DNA from: Candidatus Eiseniibacteriota bacterium
GTDB lineage: Bacteria; Eisenbacteria; RBG-16-71-46; CAZEPH01
Assembly: GCA_044229145.1 (NCBI GenBank)
Contig: JBGATO010000004.1
Location: 32,001 to 96,000 of the forward strand
Reading direction: 5' to 3'
DNA: 64,000 bases
Below the pieces are notes generated by a model. It was given only the letters and a program-made list of their open reading frames with translations. It had not been told where the DNA came from and searched no databases. The stretch's first letter is position 1, and every line of letters begins with the position of its first letter. The translations under genes and the position numbers were made by a program. Below, one piece after another: positions 1 through 8,250 of this stretch.

Positions 1-644
1 TCGCGCGGGGCGGCACGCTGTCGTTCTCCTACACGGTGACCAACAACTCGGCGAATACCGTGACCTGGAAGGAATGGGACGAAGTCGTGCGCCCGAACAA
101 CCAGGCGCTGCTCAACAACCCGGCGGGCGGCTACAAGACGTGGACGCTGTCGCCCGGCGCCTCGCGGACGCAGACCATCACGAAGGTCATTCCGACCACC
201 GCGCCGCTCGGCACGTTCACGTGGACGTCGAAAGTGGCCCCGAGCGTGCCGTGGCCGGTGTGGGCGCAGGACCAGCTCACGTTCACCATCACCGCGGCGA
301 CGGGTGCGAAGGGCGCCACCGTGGCGACGAATGCGGTGCCGAGCGACGACGACATGGCGTGGCTCACCGCGCCGGACGGCGTGACGGCGCGGACGTCGCA
401 GCCGACGCTGTTCGGCCAGCTGCGTGACGGCGCGGTGCGCTTCTCGCTACGGCACGCGGCGGCAGACCGTGCTCGCTTCGTGGTGCGCGACGTCGCCGGC
501 CGCGCCGTCGGCGAGGCGCGTCTGGTCAGTGGCGGCACGGCTCTCGAGTGGGACGGCCGGACGGCGTCCGGCGCCCGCGCCGGCAGCGGGCTCTACTTGC
601 TCGAGACTCCGGACGGAGTGGCGCGAATCACCATCGTACGCTAG
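1..644 (+). CDS. Secreted protein, 5'-truncated; Ig-like domain plus C-terminal FlgD-Ig/T9SS-like domain
   Basis: Frame is open from the window edge (ARGGTLSFSYTVTNNS...). C-terminus VRDVAGRAV...WDGRTASGARAGSGLYL matches the FlgD_ig-type tail. Confidence 0.75.
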   Translation, partial: ARGGTLSFSYTVTNNSANTVTWKEWDEVVRPNNQALLNNPAGGYKTWTLSPGASRTQTITKVIPTTAPLGTFTWTSKVAPSVPWPVWAQDQLTFTITAATGAKGATVATNAVPSDDDMAWLTAPDGVTARTSQPTLFGQLRDGAVRFSLRHAAADRARFVVRDVAGRAVGEARLVSGGTALEWDGRTASGARAGSGLYLLETPDGVARITIVR

Positions 645-751
645 TCACCGCTGGCCTGAAGACACTGCGAGGGGTGGCGGGATGACCGCCACCCCTCGCT
701 GGATGGGCGCCAAGCGCCCATTCGACGCGCCGTCTGCGGTACACTCGTCGG

Positions 752-3097
752 ATGCGACTTCGACTCCGCACTCTGCTCGTTCTCTTGTTCGCTCTCTGCG
801 CGGCTCGCGCGCAGGCCGCCCCCGGCGACACCCGCTGGTCCGACGCCTTCCGCGTCGAGGGCGCGAGCGATTCCGTGTTCGCCCTGACCGCGTGGAGCGG
901 CGGCATCGCCGTCGGCGGCGCGTTCTCCACCGCCGGCAAAGCGAGCGCTGCGCACGTGGCGGTGTGGAACGGCACCTATCTCGCGGCGTGCGGCAGCGGC
1001 ACGAATGGCACCGTCTACGCGTTGGCGCAGTGGAACGGCGCGCTGTATGCCGGCGGTTCGTTCACCACGGCGGGCGGCGGCGCGGCGAGCAACATCGCGC
1101 GGTGGGACGGCAGCGCGTGGACGCCGCTCGGCAGCGGATGCAACGGTCCCGTGCAAGCGCTGACCGTCTGGAACGGCCAGCTGGTCGCCGGCGGGCAGTT
1201 CACCACGGCGGGCGGCGTCACCGTGAACCGCGTCGCGCTGTGGAACGGGACGACGTGGAGCGCGTGCGGAAGCGGCGTCGGCGGCCGCGTCAATGCGCTG
1301 GCGGTCTACGGCACGGATCTCGTCGCCGCGGGCGCCTTCACGACGGCCGGCGGTGGTGGCGCGAACCGCATCGCACGGTGGGACGGCGCTGCGTGGTCGG
1401 CGCTCGGCAGCGGGCTCGGTGGCACCGCGAACGCGCTCGCGGTACAGGATGCCAATCTGTACGTGGGCGGCGCGTTCACGACGGCCGGCGGCGGCAGCGC
1501 GAATCGCGTCGCGCAGTGGAACGGCAGCGCGTGGAGCGCGATGTCCACCGGCACGAACGGCGCGGTGTCGGCGTTCGGATTCTCGGGCGGCACGCTCTAC
1601 GCCGGTGGCGTTTTCACCACCGCCAGCGGCTCGGGCGCCAACCGCATCGCGCGCTGGGACGGCGTGACCTGGAACGCGCTCGGGAATGGAGCCAACAATG
1701 CCGTGCTCGCGCTCGCACCTTTCGGCACCGCGATGGTGACCGGCGGCGCGTTCACCGTCGTCGCATCGACGACGCAGGCGTCGCGGCTCGCGCGCTGGAC
1801 GGCCTCGAACACATGGACGGCGCTCAACGCGTCGGTCAACGGCAGCGTCGCCGCTCTTGCGGGCTACGGCGGGGCGATGGTGGCGGGCGGCGCGTTCAGC
1901 GAGGCCGGCGGGAGCGCGGCGGCGAACCTGGCCGCGTGGCACGGCACCGCGTGGACGACACTCGGCAGCGGCACCAATGGCGAGGTCGACGCGCTCGTGG
2001 AGTGGAACGGCCAGTTGGTGGCCGGCGGCGCGTTCTCGACGGCCGGCGGCGCGCCTGCGTCGTTCATCGCCGCGTGGAATGGATCGACGTGGGCGCCCCT
2101 GGGCGGCGGGATGAACGATCAGGTGGCGGCGCTCACGGTCTATCACGGCGACCTCATCGCCGCGGGGCTGTTCACGCAGGCGGGCGGCGTGCCGGTCTAT
2201 TTCGTGGCGCGATGGGACGGTAGCGTGTGGTCGCCGCTCGGCATCGGCATGGACGGCGACGTGCGCGCGCTCACGGTTTGGAACGACCTCTTGATTGCGG
2301 GAGGCACGTTCAGCAAGGCCGGCGGCGTGCCGGCCGCGTTCGTCGCCGCGTGGGACGGATCGACGTGGGCAGCGCTGGGCAGTGGGACGTCGGACAACGT
2401 CTCCTCGCTCGGCGCCTATCGCGACACGCTGATCGTCGGCGGAACCTTCGACTTCGCGGGCGGCGTGCTGGCGAACCACGTCGCGGCGTGGGATGGCAGC
2501 GCGTGGCACGCGCTCGGCGGCGGGGTGACCAGCTCGCTGTTCAGCGATGTCGCGGCGCTCGCCGGTTACGACGGCACCCTGGTGGCGGGTGGCGACTTCG
2601 ACAATGCCGGCAGCGTGGCGTCGCCCAACATCGCGCGCTGGGACGGCACCCAGTGGAGCGCCATGGGCAGCGGCGCCAACCAGCCGGTCCGCGCCCTGGC
2701 GATCGACGGCGGCGGGTTGTACGCCGGGGGTGGATTCACGACCGCGGGCGGCAAGCAGTCGCTGTTCGTGGCGCAGTGGACGGACTCGCTGTTGGTGCCG
2801 GTGCCGGCTCCCCGCCGGGACGTCGCGGCCGCCCTCGCGTTGACCGCGCGGGCCGAAGCCGGCGGGGTCACGCTGCGATTCGACCTGACACGCGCCGCTG
2901 CAGTAACGCTGGAGATCTTCGACGTGCGCGGCCGCCGGGTGGCCGCGTGGCCGTCGCACGTTGCGGCCGCCGGGCCGCACGCGGTGGCCTGGGACGCCCG
3001 GGACGCCGGCGGACAGCGATGCGCCGCAGGCGTTTACCTGGCGCGGGCACGCACCAGCGGCGCCTCGGCGACGGCGCCGGTCGTCCTCCCCCGCTAG
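752..3097 (+). CDS. Secreted repeat (beta-propeller) protein with C-terminal FlgD-Ig/T9SS-like domain
   Basis: Signal peptide; 14 copies of a ~46-aa unit GGxFxxAGG..A..IAxWDGxxWxxLGxG; tail LEIFDVRGRRV...WDARDAGG...AGVYL. Confidence 0.85.
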   Translation: MRLRLRTLLVLLFALCAARAQAAPGDTRWSDAFRVEGASDSVFALTAWSGGIAVGGAFSTAGKASAAHVAVWNGTYLAACGSGTNGTVYALAQWNGALYAGGSFTTAGGGAASNIARWDGSAWTPLGSGCNGPVQALTVWNGQLVAGGQFTTAGGVTVNRVALWNGTTWSACGSGVGGRVNALAVYGTDLVAAGAFTTAGGGGANRIARWDGAAWSALGSGLGGTANALAVQDANLYVGGAFTTAGGGSANRVAQWNGSAWSAMSTGTNGAVSAFGFSGGTLYAGGVFTTASGSGANRIARWDGVTWNALGNGANNAVLALAPFGTAMVTGGAFTVVASTTQASRLARWTASNTWTALNASVNGSVAALAGYGGAMVAGGAFSEAGGSAAANLAAWHGTAWTTLGSGTNGEVDALVEWNGQLVAGGAFSTAGGAPASFIAAWNGSTWAPLGGGMNDQVAALTVYHGDLIAAGLFTQAGGVPVYFVARWDGSVWSPLGIGMDGDVRALTVWNDLLIAGGTFSKAGGVPAAFVAAWDGSTWAALGSGTSDNVSSLGAYRDTLIVGGTFDFAGGVLANHVAAWDGSAWHALGGGVTSSLFSDVAALAGYDGTLVAGGDFDNAGSVASPNIARWDGTQWSAMGSGANQPVRALAIDGGGLYAGGGFTTAGGKQSLFVAQWTDSLLVPVPAPRRDVAAALALTARAEAGGVTLRFDLTRAAAVTLEIFDVRGRRVAAWPSHVAAAGPHAVAWDARDAGGQRCAAGVYLARARTSGASATAPVVLPR

Positions 3098-3135
3098 ACA
3101 CGGGGCCGCCTGCACAGCCGAGCTTCCCACCGCGA

Positions 3136-3164
3136 TTGACCGAGACACCGGAAACCCGTATCCT
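3136..3164 (+). promoter_or_regulatory. Putative sigma70 promoter
   Basis: TTGACC (3136-3141), 17-nt spacer, TATCCT (3159-3164), intergenic and upstream of the RHH/PIN locus. Confidence 0.55.
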
Positions 3165-3398
3165 GCGAAGCGGTTAGGTTCGCCGCCGCGGATCGGGTTG
3201 CCGGTCAGGTCTCCGTGGCGCACCCCCTGCTGTGATCGGGTTTTCGCTTTCAGTCGACCCGCACGACGTGGATCTGAGGCGCGCTCGCCGACGCGATTGA
3301 CGCATCGCGCGCCGCCGCATGCATTTTCCAGAACGGGTCGTCCGCTGGCGTGGAAATGTCCGCCGCGACGACACCGTGGAGGAGGGATTGAAGGAGGC

Positions 3399-5240
3399 AT
3401 GGGTGACGAGTTTGAAGTCACTGGAGGCCTTCCTGACGCCGGAGCTTCTGAAGGATCTGGAGGCTCTCGCCGCGGAGGAAGGTCGAGACGTCGAGGCGGT
3501 CGTGGACGCCGCCGTTCGTCGGTATCTGTGGGACTCGACGTTCAGGACACTGAGGCGCCACGCGCAGGCGAGGAGCCGGGTACAGGGATGGGTCAGCGAT
3601 CAGTCGATCTTGACGACGGTCCTGGCGACGAGGCGACCGGACGAGTTCACGCTGACGAAGCCGGAGGCGAGCCTCGGCGTCGTAGCCGGCGAGGCCGGCG
3701 AGGGCGAGGCCGTGGAGGGCGCGGGCGGGACGGCGACGCGGACGCGGGACTCGAGGCAGCCGAGGGAGTTCCGGGAGCGGAGGGAGAGACGCGATCGCCG
3801 GGAGCCGCGCGAGCCGCGCGAGGCCCGCGAGACGCCGAGGAACTTCCGCGAGACCCGGGAGCCGATGCCGGAGATGGAGACGAGGCGCTTCGAGAGGAGC
3901 GCTCCGGCTCCCGTCGGGCGCGAGGACGCCGGGGACGAGGCACGCGAGGAGAGGAGCGGCCGGAGGCCGCGCCGGAGGACGCGGGGCGGACGCCGGGACA
4001 GCGGCGCGGACGTCAGGGCTTCATCATCACCGGACGCGTCGGAGACGACGCCGGAGCCGCGCAGCCCGTCGTACGCGCTGAACCCGCCGACAGTGGACCT
4101 CGCGGCGATGCGCCGGCGCGCGGAGAGCGTGCATCGCTTCCTGCCGCCCGACCCGAGCGAGCGGGAGACGCAAGCGGAGGAGAGGTCCGAGAGGCCCGAC
4201 CGGTTCGAGAGCCACGAGAACCCCGAGAGCCACGAGAGCCCCGCGGGGTTCGCGAACCGCGCGAACCGCGAGAGGGTCGGGAGCCGCGCGAGCGCGGCGA
4301 ACGCGGAGGCCGCGGTCGCGGCGGACGCGACCGCGGACCGCGAAGCACCGAGCGACTCGCCGAGCGAGTCGGACGCCTTCCGGCCCCGCCGGAGCCGCAA
4401 CCAGAGGTGGAGCCGGCCAAACCAGCCAAGCGCAGCCTCCGAGAGCGACTCGCCAGCCTCACCGCCCGACTCACCGGCCGCAAGTCCGCAGCCGGAGATG
4501 CCGTCGAGCAGCCCAGTGCAGTCGTTCGGCCGCAAGCCGAAGCGCAGCAGCGGCCGCCGCTAGACGACGCCGCACGCGGCGACCGCCGGCGCGACCGTGA
4601 AGGCCGCTTCGACCGCAACGAGCGCCGCGATCAGGCACGCCGTGAGCGCGCGGAGCGACGTGAACGCGCCCTCGCGGAGCGCATCGCGGAAATCGAGGCA
4701 GCACCGCTGCGCGACGCACCGCAGTTGCCGTTCGACACGCCGGTGGAACGCCAGGCGGTCGTGGTGCGCAAGATGCCGCCCGCGCCGCACCTGGCGCTGG
4801 TCGACATCGAACGCCGCCCCGGCGGTCCGGTCATCGTGCTCGACACCAACGTCCTGCTGTCGGCGTTGTTCGCACGCCCTGGCCACTGCGCCGCGATCGT
4901 GCGGCGCGGCGCGGCGGGCGAGTTCCGCCTGATGTCGTCGCAGCCGTTGTGGAACGAGCTGCGCGACTTGCTCGGCGGCACGTTCGAACTCGAGGATGCC
5001 GATGTCGCCCAGTGGTTGCACGTGCTGGGCGCGCCGTTCGACACGATGCACGGCGCGGTGCCGCGCGTCCGCCAAGGTGGCCGCGCGCTGAGCGATGGCG
5101 CCCGTCGCGCGCTCGACACCGCGGTCGCCGCACACGCGACGTACTTGGTGAGCAGCGACCCCGAGTTGCTGCGGATCGGGTTGGTCCAGGGCGTCGAGAT
5201 TCTCAGCCCGCAGGCGTTCGTCGCGCTGCACGGCGAGTAG
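3399..5240 (+). CDS. PIN-family toxin-like domain at C-terminus with long Arg/Glu/Pro/Gly disordered N-terminal region
   Basis: VIVLDTNVLLSALF...ALDTAVAAHATYLVSSDPELL...VEILSPQAF is the PIN_3-type pattern (from ~4830). Start uncertain. Confidence 0.7.
   Translation: MGDEFEVTGGLPDAGASEGSGGSRRGGRSRRRGGRGRRRSSVSVGLDVQDTEAPRAGEEPGTGMGQRSVDLDDGPGDEATGRVHADEAGGEPRRRSRRGRRGRGRGGRGRDGDADAGLEAAEGVPGAEGETRSPGAARAARGPRDAEELPRDPGADAGDGDEALREERSGSRRARGRRGRGTRGEERPEAAPEDAGRTPGQRRGRQGFIITGRVGDDAGAAQPVVRAEPADSGPRGDAPARGERASLPAARPERAGDASGGEVREARPVREPREPREPREPRGVREPREPREGREPRERGERGGRGRGGRDRGPRSTERLAERVGRLPAPPEPQPEVEPAKPAKRSLRERLASLTARLTGRKSAAGDAVEQPSAVVRPQAEAQQRPPLDDAARGDRRRDREGRFDRNERRDQARRERAERRERALAERIAEIEAAPLRDAPQLPFDTPVERQAVVVRKMPPAPHLALVDIERRPGGPVIVLDTNVLLSALFARPGHCAAIVRRGAAGEFRLMSSQPLWNELRDLLGGTFELEDADVAQWLHVLGAPFDTMHGAVPRVRQGGRALSDGARRALDTAVAAHATYLVSSDPELLRIGLVQGVEILSPQAFVALHGE
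3403..4563 (+). CDS. CopG/RHH antitoxin-like N-terminal domain with long disordered extension
   Basis: GTG 5 nt after AAGGAGG; LTPELLKDLEALAAEEGRDVEAVVDAAVRRYLW resembles RHH antitoxins of PIN toxins. True 3' extent uncertain because it overlaps the PIN frame. Confidence 0.65.
   Translation: MTSLKSLEAFLTPELLKDLEALAAEEGRDVEAVVDAAVRRYLWDSTFRTLRRHAQARSRVQGWVSDQSILTTVLATRRPDEFTLTKPEASLGVVAGEAGEGEAVEGAGGTATRTRDSRQPREFRERRERRDRREPREPREARETPRNFRETREPMPEMETRRFERSAPAPVGREDAGDEAREERSGRRPRRRTRGGRRDSGADVRASSSPDASETTPEPRSPSYALNPPTVDLAAMRRRAESVHRFLPPDPSERETQAEERSERPDRFESHENPESHESPAGFANRANRERVGSRASAANAEAAVAADATADREAPSDSPSESDAFRPRRSRNQRWSRPNQPSAASESDSPASPPDSPAASPQPEMPSSSPVQSFGRKPKRSSGRR
4206..4292 (+). repeat. 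Imperfect 9-nt tandem repeat encoding (REP)n in the PIN frame
   Basis: CGAGAGCCA CGAGAACCC CGAGAGCCA CGAGAGCCC ... CGCGAACCG; variation is mainly at third codon positions of the PIN frame. Confidence 0.7.
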
Positions 5241-5255
5241 CACCGCACACGTCGC

Positions 5256-5903
5256 ATGACTTCCTCGGCCCCGTCGCGCGAATCCGCCGGCGGGGCCGAT
5301 GCGCTTCCCCGCTCGCCGTTTCCGATGTGGATGGCGTGGCTGCTCAAGCTGCCGCTGCGCGCGTTCCTCATCGACCGCGCGGAGGCGGTGCGCGACGCCG
5401 GCATCGGCGAGGGCGACACCGTGCTCGAACTCGGTGCCGGCAGCGGCTTCTGGACCGCGCATCTGTCGCGTGCCGTGGGGGCCGGCGGCCGCATCGTCGC
5501 GCAGGACGTGCAGCAGGCGATGCTCGACCGGCTCACCGCCTCACTCGCGCGCACCTCGCATCCCGACAACGTGACGACGCTGCTCGCGCCCTCCACCGCG
5601 CTGCCGCTCGGCGACGCGTCGTGCGACGCGGTGTTCGCCGCGTACGTGTTCGAGGAGATCGACACGCTCGGCCTCGCCGCGCCGACCGCCGTCGAACTCG
5701 CGCGGGTACTGCGCGATGGCGGGTGTCTCGGCTTCCGCGAACATCGCTGGGGCGTGTCGCTCGACCGCATCCGCCGTGTGTTCGCCGCGCTCGAGGCTGC
5801 CGGCTTCGCGCTCGCGTGGACGAGCACCAGCCGCTTCAGTTACCAAGCACTGTTCACACGCCCGCCGCGTGGCGGCGCCACGACCGGAGACACGACCCCA
5901 TGA
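5256..5903 (+). CDS. Class I SAM-dependent methyltransferase
   Basis: VLELGAGSG motif I; LPLGDASCDAVF; ELARVLRDGG. Confidence 0.85.
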   Translation: MTSSAPSRESAGGADALPRSPFPMWMAWLLKLPLRAFLIDRAEAVRDAGIGEGDTVLELGAGSGFWTAHLSRAVGAGGRIVAQDVQQAMLDRLTASLARTSHPDNVTTLLAPSTALPLGDASCDAVFAAYVFEEIDTLGLAAPTAVELARVLRDGGCLGFREHRWGVSLDRIRRVFAALEAAGFALAWTSTSRFSYQALFTRPPRGGATTGDTTP

Positions 5904-6256
5904 GCGCAGCCGACGAGATCAAGAAGACAGAAAGCGCGGCGAAGGAGTGGCGGCCGGTGCCCGACGCGCCCGGCAACGCGGTGAAGGTGCTCCGCTACGA
6001 TCCGGCGACCGGCGGCAGCGCGGTGCTCCTGCGGATGGATCCCGGCGCGCACTACGCCGCACACGTGCATCCGGGCGGTGAGGAAGTGTTCGTGCTCGAA
6101 GGCTCGTTGCAACTCGGCGCCGACTTCCTGCGCGAAGGCGATTTTCTCTACACGCCGCCCGGTGGCATCCACGCCGCGTCGAGCAAGGAAGGCTGCATCG
6201 TCTACATTAGCGTGCCGCGCGGGATCGAGTTCGCGACGCCGTCCGCGGAACGCTAG
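5900..6256 (+). CDS. ChrR-like cupin domain protein
   Basis: ATGA overlap with upstream stop; HVHPGGEEVFVLEGS and PPGGIH cupin motifs. Confidence 0.85.
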   Translation: MSAADEIKKTESAAKEWRPVPDAPGNAVKVLRYDPATGGSAVLLRMDPGAHYAAHVHPGGEEVFVLEGSLQLGADFLREGDFLYTPPGGIHAASSKEGCIVYISVPRGIEFATPSAER

Positions 6257-6678
6257 TCGCGCCGCGCCGGCTTGCCGGTGTCGTCCTTCACCAGCACGTT
6301 CACCATCACGCTGATGACGCTCACCAGAGCGGCGGCGAGGATGGCGCTCCACAGCGAGTTGAAGATGAACCCGCGCACCATCTTGCTCACCAAGAACATC
6401 ATGCCACCGTTGATCACCAACGTGAACAGCCCGAGACTGAGGATGTTGAGCGGCAACGTGAGGAGCACGAGCACCGGCTTCAGCGTCGCGTTGAGCAACG
6501 CCAACAAGAGGCCGGCGAGAATCGCGTTGACCGGTCCCATCACTTCGAGCGCGGGCACCGGCCCATAGAGCGACATGCGCGCCGGGCCCAGGATGTTCGC
6601 CGCGAAGAGAATGCCGACCGTGTTGATCAGCCAGCGGGTGAAGAAGCCACGAGTGTTCACAATGCCGACCTTACGCAA
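6253..6678 (-). CDS. YvlD/DUF360 (phage holin 4 family) membrane protein
   Basis: LLNATLKPVLVLLTLPLNILSLGLFTLVING signature; four hydrophobic segments. Confidence 0.85.
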   Translation of the reverse strand: MRKVGIVNTRGFFTRWLINTVGILFAANILGPARMSLYGPVPALEVMGPVNAILAGLLLALLNATLKPVLVLLTLPLNILSLGLFTLVINGGMMFLVSKMVRGFIFNSLWSAILAAALVSVISVMVNVLVKDDTGKPARRD

Positions 6679-6725
6679 TCGGACGGTCTGGCCACAACCC
6701 CCATCGCGCCGCCTCCCGGTGGCCG

Positions 6726-7289
6726 TTAGTCGTCCGGGTCACGCGGGGCGCTTTGTTCGAGCAGGTCGCGCAGCAGAGCGTCGCCCTTGGGTGGAGCCGG
6801 CTTGCCGCCGTGCGCGTCGGGACCGCCGCCGCCGCGCCGCCGGCGCGGGCGGGCGAACAGGCGCGTGAGGAAGGCGTCCGCCGGTTCGACCTGCGCGCCG
6901 AGCAGGCGGACGCGGCGGGCGAGCTCGGCATCGGCGGTGACCACCGTGACCTCGGCGGCGCGCTCGCCGTCGTGGGTGAGGCGCTGGACGATGCGGTCGT
7001 CGGCGTTGGGCGCGAACTCGACCTCGATCCAGGCGTCGCGGCTGCCAGGCGGCAAGCCGCCGCTCGCGTCCCGCACGTCGAACACCACCCAGAGCGGCGC
7101 CGCGAGGCCGGCGCGCGAGGCGAAGGTGCGCAGCACGCCGACCAGCGTGCGCCGCGCGGTCTCCAACCGCTGGCCCGCGGCACGCGGATAGCCGGGACGC
7201 AGCAGCAGATTGTGGCCGTCGACGACGAGCCGCCGCGCGGGCGGCGCGCCGCCTACGCGTCCTCGAGCGACCAGAGGTCGACGTCCCAC
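6726..7289 (-). CDS. NYN domain (YacP-like) ribonuclease
   Basis: LVVDGHNLL, VVFD, ADDRI, VVTADAEL motifs; start approximate (nearest GTG). Confidence 0.75.
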   Translation of the reverse strand: MGRRPLVARGRVGGAPPARRLVVDGHNLLLRPGYPRAAGQRLETARRTLVGVLRTFASRAGLAAPLWVVFDVRDASGGLPPGSRDAWIEVEFAPNADDRIVQRLTHDGERAAEVTVVTADAELARRVRLLGAQVEPADAFLTRLFARPRRRRGGGGPDAHGGKPAPPKGDALLRDLLEQSAPRDPDD

Positions 7290-8239
7290 TCGTGCGGCGC
7301 CAGCGCCGCGAGCTGCTCGGCGGTGAGCGTCACGCCGTCGCCCGGCTTCACGTTCGCCTCGGCTTGCTGCACGGTGCGGATGCCCGGGATCACCGTGCTC
7401 ACCGCCGGGTGCGAGAGCGTGAAGCGCAGCGCGAGTTCCACCAGCGGCATGCCCGGCGCGATGTGCGCCGCGGTCTCCTTCAGCTTTTCGACCCGCGCCA
7501 CCGTGGCCGCCAGCTTGCCGCCGGCGAAATACTCGCGGCGGAAGTCGTCCTCGTGGAACGTCGTCTCGCGGGTGAACTTGCCGGTGAGCGCGCCTTCCAT
7601 CAACGGCACGCGCACGATGAGTCCGCAGTCGTTGCGCGCGATCGCCGGGAACACGGTGCGCGCCACCCGCGCCTGGAAGATGTTGTAGATGATCTGCACG
7701 CTGTCGATGAGACCGGTGTCGAGCGCGCCGATGATGCACTCTTCGCCGCGGTTCGGCGCCGAGATGCCGATATGCCGCACCTTGCCGCTCTCGCGCAATC
7801 GCCGCACCGATTCCTTCCACTCGTCGCGCGCGTTGAAGGCGCTCGACCACGTGTGGAACTGATAGAGGTCGAGGCTGTCGGTCTTGAGGCGGCGCAAGCT
7901 CGCCTCGACGCTGTCCTCGATGTACGACGACGGGAACACCTCGTCGAGTTCCGCCTGATCGTCGATGTCCCAGATGTAGTGCTTCGGCGCCAGCTTGGTG
8001 GCGACGTACGGCCGCGCGCCGCCGCGCTCGGCGAGCACCTCGCCGATCAGCGCTTCGCTGTGCCCTTCGCCATACACCTGCGCGGTGTCGATGAAGGTGA
8101 CGCCGAGATCGAGTGCGTGGTGCATCGCGCGTTTGGCCTCCGCGTCGTCGAGCGGACCCCACATACTGCCGATCGCCCACGCGCCGTAGCCGACGCTGGA
8201 GACCTGGACCTGCGTCTTGCCGAATCGTCGATGCTGCAT
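7253..8239 (-). CDS. Aldo/keto reductase
   Basis: GVTFIDTAQVYGEGHSE, VATK, SLRRLKTDSLDLYQFH, VSTVIPG. Confidence 0.92.
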   Translation of the reverse strand: MQHRRFGKTQVQVSSVGYGAWAIGSMWGPLDDAEAKRAMHHALDLGVTFIDTAQVYGEGHSEALIGEVLAERGGARPYVATKLAPKHYIWDIDDQAELDEVFPSSYIEDSVEASLRRLKTDSLDLYQFHTWSSAFNARDEWKESVRRLRESGKVRHIGISAPNRGEECIIGALDTGLIDSVQIIYNIFQARVARTVFPAIARNDCGLIVRVPLMEGALTGKFTRETTFHEDDFRREYFAGGKLAATVARVEKLKETAAHIAPGMPLVELALRFTLSHPAVSTVIPGIRTVQQAEANVKPGDGVTLTAEQLAALAPHEWDVDLWSLEDA

Positions 8240-8250
8240 CGGAATGCTCC

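Noticed and set aside
900..2780. CRISPR-like periodic repeats (also 42360-42720)
   Set aside because: In-frame protein repeats with synonymous variation, not identical repeats with unique spacers; no cas genes.
3165..3260. SRP RNA or tRNA in the leader
   Set aside because: TCAGGT is present but the GGAAGGAAGCAGC helix-8 motif and tRNA T-loop/acceptor features are absent.
6253..6678. Holin as evidence of a prophage
   Set aside because: DUF360/YvlD proteins are common chromosomal genes and no phage genes are nearby.
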